Assembly (NCBI RefSeq): GCF_964204645.1
Contig: NC_134035.1
Location: forward strand, 10,448,451-10,512,450
Length of the DNA stretch: 64,000 nt
Source: Tubulanus polymorphus
Taxonomy: Eukaryota > Animalia > Nemertea
Reading direction: 5' to 3'
In this document: one piece after another, positions 34,505 to 64,000 of the stretch
Numbering within the stretch: position 1 is the first letter of the stretch
How the letters are laid out: each line of letters opens with the position of its first letter
Translations under genes and position numbers: made by a program
The notes under the pieces: generated by a model
What the model was told of the DNA's origin: nothing
What the model saw: only the letters and a program-made list of their open reading frames with translations
Database searches by the model: none

Positions 34505-35500
34505 ATAAAACTAATGCCCGAAAGCGTCGGCTCCTTCGCCGGTCATGTGCAGAGGATGTCAGACAAAGAGTCGGTCAGGAAATTCTGCCCTCTACACGCC
34601 CTCATACGGAACACGAAAACCAGGATGACGAGGCCTCACTGCCCCCACCTATCTACAAAGTGTGCTGAGTGATGTCAATGACGGGCATATCTGTGGGATT
34701 GCGCGGGATACAAATGGAGTGGTTATACTGGACTCACGCCACTAGCATTCATTGGTCCTTGTGACCACTCGGATGAGGGATGATTCTACTGTCACACCCT
34801 TTGATTTCTGGTATTCATTGAGTCGGCTGAGGGATGATTCTACTGTCACGCCCTTTGATTTCTAGTTTGAGTGCTAGTTTTCATTGCGTCCTTGTGACAA
34901 CCTCGGATAGGGATGAAGTCTCTTGTCTGGCTTGTGAGTGCTAGGTTTCATTGTGTCCTTGTGACCACCTCGGGCAGGGATGAAGTCTCTTGTCACGCCT
35001 TTGAGTGCTAGTTGAGATCCTGAATCTCAATTCGGGCAATCTGGTTTTACTGCGCTATTTTTGTCGTGAACAATCTTACAGGTTTGTCGGTTACTGACAT
35101 CGCCCAGTACACCCTGTGGTTAGATGGTGAACGTGAGGCGTTGTCATTCAGGTTTTCGCGTTCTGTGTGAGGGCGTGTAGAGGGCAGCAAATTCCTGGCT
35201 GACTCTTTTTCTGGTATCCTCTGCACATGACCGGCGCTGGGGAGCCGACGCTTTCGGACATTAGACAGGCAGGGTCATGTCCGTATATATCACAAAATTC
35301 TATTCTGGCGGACTCGGATCGCTCTTCCACGGACCCCCGAACAGACAGTTCAAATTTTGATTCCCGGGCCTCAGTCGAACCTTGATGGACATTTTGGTGA
35401 TTCCCCTTTGAACAAACAACAACATAGATTTTAGGGGTAGGTTCCAAACCTGGCGTGGTATGGCATTTATATTGGCATTTGGCATGGCATTTTCTTCGTT
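34505..35500. mobile_element. Two decayed RTE-like non-LTR retrotransposon 3' fragments, tail-to-tail
   Basis: The plus copy (~34510-34745) encodes frameshifted RKRRL.FAGHVQRMSDKE, resembling the RTE ORF2 C-terminal RRL.(F/W)AGHV.RM motif. An inverted diverged copy lies at ~35090-35265 and extends to ~35500. Tandem ~60-70-bp units lie between them. Confidence 0.55.
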
Positions 35501-35828
35501 AGAATCAACTAATTTCACTTATTTATATAGATAATCACAGTATCATATAGATAACCATTTTGAAAATGAAATTCTTAATCGCGAAGCAACAGTAAATGAA
35601 TATTTGCTAAGTACGGAAAATAACAGTTCTAAACGGAGGCCACGTACCCGGCGTGTAGTACTCTCTAGTTGAAGTACTGAATAATTCAATAAAGTTTCTG
35701 TTTCCGAAAGAAATAAGTCGAAATCTTGTCTTAATTATTTTCGAAAAATTAAACGGACCCTGAGGCATGACAGGCCATAACGTACACTATGACCGTGTAG
35801 TTTTTCCAGGAGTACAAAAGATGGAACC

Positions 35829-36678
35829 CAGTAACCCTAGTATTGGCCTGTTTAATAAACGCCGAAACCCTAGTATTGGCTTGATGAATAAACGTAGTTA
35901 CCCTAGTGTTGGCCTGGTTATTAAATGCAGTAACCCTAGTGTTGGCCTGTATAATAAACGCAGTAATCCTAGTGTTGGCCTGCTGAATAAACGCAGTAGC
36001 CCTAGTGTTGGCCTGTATAATAAACGCAGTAACCCTACTGTTGGCTTGTATAATAAACACAGTAATCCTGGTATTGGCCTGCTCAATAAACACAGTAACC
36101 CCAGTATTGGCCTGCTTAATAAACACAGTAACCCTAGTGTTGGCCTGCTTAATAAACGCAGTAACCCTAGTGTTGGCCTGCTGAATAAACGCAGTAACCC
36201 TAGTATTGGCCTGCTCAATAAACACAGTAACCCTAGTATTGGCCTGCTTAATAAACGCAGTAACCCTAGTGTTGGCCTGTTTAATCAACGTAGTTACCCT
36301 AGTGTTGGCCTGCTTAATAAACGCAGTAACCCTAGTGTTGGCCTGCTTAATAAACGCAGTAACCCTAGTGTTGGCCTGGTTAATAAACACAGTAACCCTA
36401 GTGTTGGCCTTTATAGTAAACGCAGTAATCCTAGTGTTGGCCTGCTGAATAAACGTAGTTACCCTAGTATTGGCCGGCTTAATAAACGCAGTAATCCTAG
36501 TGTTGGCCTGCTCAATAAACGCAGTAACCCTAGTGTTGGCCTGTTTAATAAACGCAGTAATCCTAGTGTTGGCCTGCTTAATAAACGTAGTAATCCTAGT
36601 GTTGGCCTGCTGAATAAACGCAGTAATCCTAGTGTTGGCCTGCTGAATAAACGCAGTAATCCTAGTGTTGGCCTGTTT
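35829..36678. repeat. 33-bp minisatellite, ~26 copies
   Basis: Unit CAGTAACCCTAGTGTTGGCCTGCTTAATAAACG, giving the 11-aa periodic ORFs on both strands. Confidence 0.95.
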
Positions 36679-36818
36679 CGAACGATACAATAAAGTATTG
36701 AATTGAATTGGTTCCCGGATTGAGATATATTCAGAGACGACATGGTACTTTCTGCTGCTGTCAAATCGAACCCGGAAATAAAGGAAAGGGATACTCACTC
36801 CTCCTAAACCACACGGAT

Positions 36819-36914
36819 ACGTGCTGCTGTTGACAGATACCCCTGCTGCACGTGCTGCTGCTGACTGATACCCCTACTGCACGTGCTGCTGTTGACAGAT
36901 ACCCCTGCTGCACG
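36819..36914. repeat. 31-bp tandem repeat x3
   Basis: ACGTGCTGCTGTTGACAGATACCCCTGCTGC x3. Confidence 0.85.
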
Positions 36915-37209
36915 TCGCATATCATCATCTCTACTTATGAAGAGTAAATCCTCTATTTATTTTTAATTTTTAGTCACGTCAATTGTCATTTTGATAGAGT
37001 TAGGGTTCAGGGTCCAGTTCCACAGTTCGGAGTTAAGATTTGACCCTGAGTTAACCCAGTGAAAATGAACTAATTTTAACTAAGAGTTAACTCTAACTCA
37101 CAAATGTGGAACTGGATCCAGAGGTTTAGGGTCTGTCTTACAGCTAGGAATAGGTTAGAGTAAGGTTGAGTGTGCGATATGTATTGAAAACTTATGGCTG
37201 GAATACAAG

Positions 37210-37377
37210 AGCCTCGGTGGTCTAGTGGAAAGACGTTACACTAGAAATATGCTGGTCCGGGGTCGAATCCCGCTCTATGCCTCTATTTACTCTAACTCTG
37301 TTCTCCACACTTGACCTGAAGGTGGGATGCCCTCCGAGAAGGTGGGATGCCCTCTTAAGAAGGTGGGATGCCCTCTT
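37210..37377 (+). mobile_element. tRNA-derived SINE head followed by a 20-bp x3 repeat
   Basis: A-box TGGTCTAGTGG and B-box GGTCGAATCCC at tRNA-like spacing, but no intact cloverleaf. GAAGGTGGGATGCCCTC x3 at 37318-37377. Confidence 0.55.
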
Positions 37378-37603
37378 GTGTCGTCAAAGATGCAGAAAAT
37401 CAAGGGCTTAGATTTTACCTTCAAATTAAATCACACTTTTTTAGGAAATTATTTAATTTCTTACGTAGCATTTTTAATTGCATATTGTTGATTGTCATTG
37501 CAGATCGAATCAAATGAGTTGAAGTGGAATCATTCGTTGAATTGATGGATGACTGAGCTGGCCGTAATATCAGTAATAGTTCAAATAGGTCATCTCGCAC
37601 GTG

Positions 37604-60545
<22,942 letters not shown>

Positions 60546-63500
60546 AACTGATCATCTCTCGAGATCGTGGGACCGAAACATTCGCCGTATAATCGTGAAC
60601 CGTGCTGAAATATCAAGCGCTGCGATTAATCATGCGAAAAATTCTCGATCGATTTTCCGAGCCCCTTATATCGAACTGTGTAGACGATGAAAATGAATTG
60701 AAATGATCTTCGATTTCGTGCTGATAAATGAATGAATTGCAGAAAATAGCATACCGGTGCATTAGTCGACAAAAACCCACGATAAAAAGAAAAACTGATA
60801 GTTTGACGTTTCGAGTCAAATCTATGAGCCATTTTCAAAAAGACTCATTGATATTGGACAGCCACTTGTCTATGAAAACCAATACCGGTACATGTTTTTC
60901 GAGCGCCCTTCTCAGTGTCTGTGTGCAATTTTAAGCATTACCTACATAGGGATGAGTGGAACATTTTTAAGACCCTCACTGTTGAGTAATGTTTAAAAAT
61001 TGACTGTATATTTTCTACGGCCTGATGGAACGAAGGTGCTTTAACAGATGACTAATCGGTGTCACCTGAATATACATATATTTCGAGTAGCAATTGAGCA
61101 CATGCCTCGATAGCAGTCGGCCTATAATCGATTCAAAAATCTCTTGTATGTTCAAATACAATATATATTTCATATTCCATTTTTGTAATGGTTCATGGCT
61201 GAATATTTTATCACTCTATGGTACTTCACTTGTAAGTACTTGCGATTTGTAGGGGTACATATTTCCTATCGTAAGCGTTCTATTCTCAAGAAATCTACAT
61301 CGACCCAGTTCCACTGTTGTTAGTTGGGTTTGAATTTCTGTAGGTATGAATCGGCAGCCTAGCTCGACTCGCCCCTCGAACAGACTTAAATAATGACCTT
61401 TCTTCATATTTTTGATCATCCAGGCTTCACGTCCTGTGTTCAGGCTCCGACATTCTTAATCGAAAAATGAACTACAAATACCGTACACATTTTTTTCGCT
61501 ATACTTTCAAAAAGTCTTCTTCGCTAAAATGTGTGAATGTCTGAAGGAGTGGTTCTTCCAGGCTGCTGATAAATGTCTGGCTCCAGTTTTATGAACGGGT
61601 TTAACTTAAAATTCGAATCAAAGATGCTTAATTCGGTTTAGTTAATTCGATTAATAAATCTATTTCACGAACGCGAATTAGATTTCTGGGTTAGACTGAT
61701 TCGAATTAAAGTTAATTCACGTTTCACAACCTCAAAAATTTTAATTCCAATTATAACCAATTAACCTGTATAATAAGCTTAATCCGTGATCGTGAAATGG
61801 GGCCTTGTATTAGAGTTTGAATTTGTTCATTTGGTATTTAGCCCCAGAGTCTTGCATACCAAGAACTGCTTAACAAAATCCTGGATCCTTAACAGTTTTG
61901 TAAATGTAGAGATCTTGGAGTTAAATGTTCATTTGTAATTGCAGTAATATATGGACCTAGAGTCAAGTTTTAAGGCGAAATCTAGGCCCATCTACACGGA
62001 GGCACTATCGGCCGGGTCATTTTGTAAACTGCAATTAGAATTTGTAATCAGTTCATTTCTATAAGAAACAAAGTATCAATTTCTTTAGCCTAATCTGTAG
62101 AACGTGCTGGGTCTATGTATGTTACGTTAGTTAAAGAATTAAGCGAATTAGGGATATACGTTTTGCTATGGAATTTTTACACCTATACGAGTAGGTTTGA
62201 TTTGTTCTTTTTAAATTGCAGTTTCTTCAAATAAATGCAATAACTGCTGGACTTCTGGACCTGGTTCTATAGCTTTAGCTGAAATTTATTTTCTAGATTC
62301 TTGGAAAAGAGAACTGATTTAAACTCTACTTATACTGGAACTATAGAACTGGGGGTCCGTAACCACTCATCTAACTCTTGCCTTTGTCTAATGGTGTTAT
62401 TTTAACGACATGTAAAATGTAAATAGTAATATATCTATATATAGGTATGATTTTAATTTGTATCAGATTATACGCAATAGTACACGTATATGTATTTCCA
62501 GAGGCGATTTATGCGAAAATGTACAAAATCCCGCGAAAATAAAATCGTGTGTGAAATAATTTATCCTAAAATGAAGTTTATGAATTTAAGATTTTCTTGT
62601 CTCGGTCAAAAAATTCATTTACCACTTTTCAGTAAAACAATGCAATTTTTTTCATTCCCTTCATTTATTATATGACGCACATTTCTTAATTTTCGGAATT
62701 ATCTAAGGCTATACATCCTTCGGATATATATGATAATCGAAACAGCCTGTAATGTCTATATGCCTATATTTTGACCAAATCTAAAATTGACATCAATCAA
62801 TCTTAATTTAAGAAGCGTAAAGGTCTTAGCTTATTTCATTTAGATAATAGAAAACAATGATACAGTAGGTGTGTGATACTGCTAACCACATATATAGATT
62901 CTTATCATAAAGGTAGGGGCACACGAGCGTATTTTTTCGCCCGATCGCGGCGAATTCATAAATCGCCCGAAAAAATAGCTCGTGTGATCACTCACGGCGA
63001 CGAAAGCCGATCGTACGGCGAATCGCCCATATCAAACATGTTTAATCTTTTCGCCCGATTATCTACGCCCGCAAATTCGCTCATCTACCCGATGAACCAA
63101 TAGGATGCATTGTTTATATTATATTCATGTGATTTGTTAACTCTCTCCCACTAAGTGCCAGTCGTTGACCGAATTTCGGTTTGATCACTACGTGTGCCCG
63201 CTCGTATCGGGCGTATAAATTCGTCGGCGAATTCGCTAACAGACGCAAAATATCGTTGATAGAAGATCGTTGGCGGTACATTGTATAACGAATGTGTTCT
63301 CTATGAGTTTGAAAAGGCCTGTTCTAGAATTTCGTTGGCGTTATGGCGTAGGGTGAGAAGTGCTATAACGAGAGCTATAGATACCAATGAACTGTGCACA
63401 AGGATATTCCTGGCGATATTACGGATGGTGGTTTAACGAGCTTTGACTGTATATCTAGTTTATACGTCCATGATAAATCTTAGATTCCAACTCTGAAGAC

Positions 63501-64000
63501 CCGCATATGTTATAGATTGACTCATGTAATATAAACATTAGACACTAACTTCCTGGTGTAGTGACACTTCTTTCACTCATCTTGATGTTAGCAAGACTTC
63601 CAAGTAAAAATTATTACGGTAATAATTTTTATATTTTGGTAATACCAAAATATACGAAAATTGAAAAAAATTGAAAAGTTGTATTATCTATTCACAAGCA
63701 GCTGCGTGCGACAAGTCAGTGATGCACTTTGGGGGTTTAATCGTGGGCTTTAAAACGTTAGTTTGACCGCTTAACGACTTGCCGGACTACATAATTATAC
63801 ACTAGCCCTATGAAGCAGCCAAAACCAGTGAGACAGACACAGGTTCGATTGCCACAATCGAACCAATTAAAACACCACAAAGTAACCACTCGAACCATGC
63901 ACGTGGTGGTTATTACGGATGAAAAATCGATCGTATAACGTATATTTTAAAACGTACAAGTGCGAGCATCACCAGGAAGGTATCACGCTCAGCATCATCA

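Noticed and set aside
37210-37285. tRNA gene
   Set aside because: A and B boxes are present but the acceptor and anticodon stems do not close. Treated as a SINE head. Similar B-box fragments at ~49680 and ~19035.
60546-64000. Further genes downstream of PI3K
   Set aside because: AT-rich 3' UTR or intergenic sequence with MITE-like remnants. The short ORFs have no motifs or splice support.

Overview
This is eukaryotic (metazoan, probably invertebrate) genomic DNA: AT-rich introns with GT-AG splice sites and CpG-rich exons. There is no prokaryotic operon or CRISPR content. Four spliced protein-coding genes can be reconstructed by hand: a DUF547-family gene (minus strand, 6744 to beyond the left edge), a fatty acyl-CoA reductase (plus, 11289-19644, 10 coding exons), a JmjC/cupin-8 2OG-Fe(II) oxygenase with a hydrophobic N-terminus (minus, 26522-23486, 4 exons), and a class II PI3-kinase (plus, 37604-60545, 33 coding exons). 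Each head-to-head gene pair has a large transposon between its members. The first is a 3.1-kb foldback DNA element (6962-10105; GAG...CTC ends, ATAT target duplication, Sola2-like) whose long arms carry mirrored 59-bp tandem arrays. The second is a young full-length BEL/Pao LTR retrotransposon (27254-33652; identical LTRs, CCCGA TSD, tRNA-His PBS). Introns are packed with MITEs, SINE heads, RTE-LINE fragments and minisatellites. The most unusual signal is a dispersed set of short, often palindromic intronic elements carrying minimal type-I hammerhead-ribozyme motifs of the kind known from Penelope-like retroelements (best example 43215-43452). Other notable points are a triplicated splice acceptor in the FAR gene and a possible decayed nested gene in the largest PI3K intron. 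All exon and alignment calls were made by eye.
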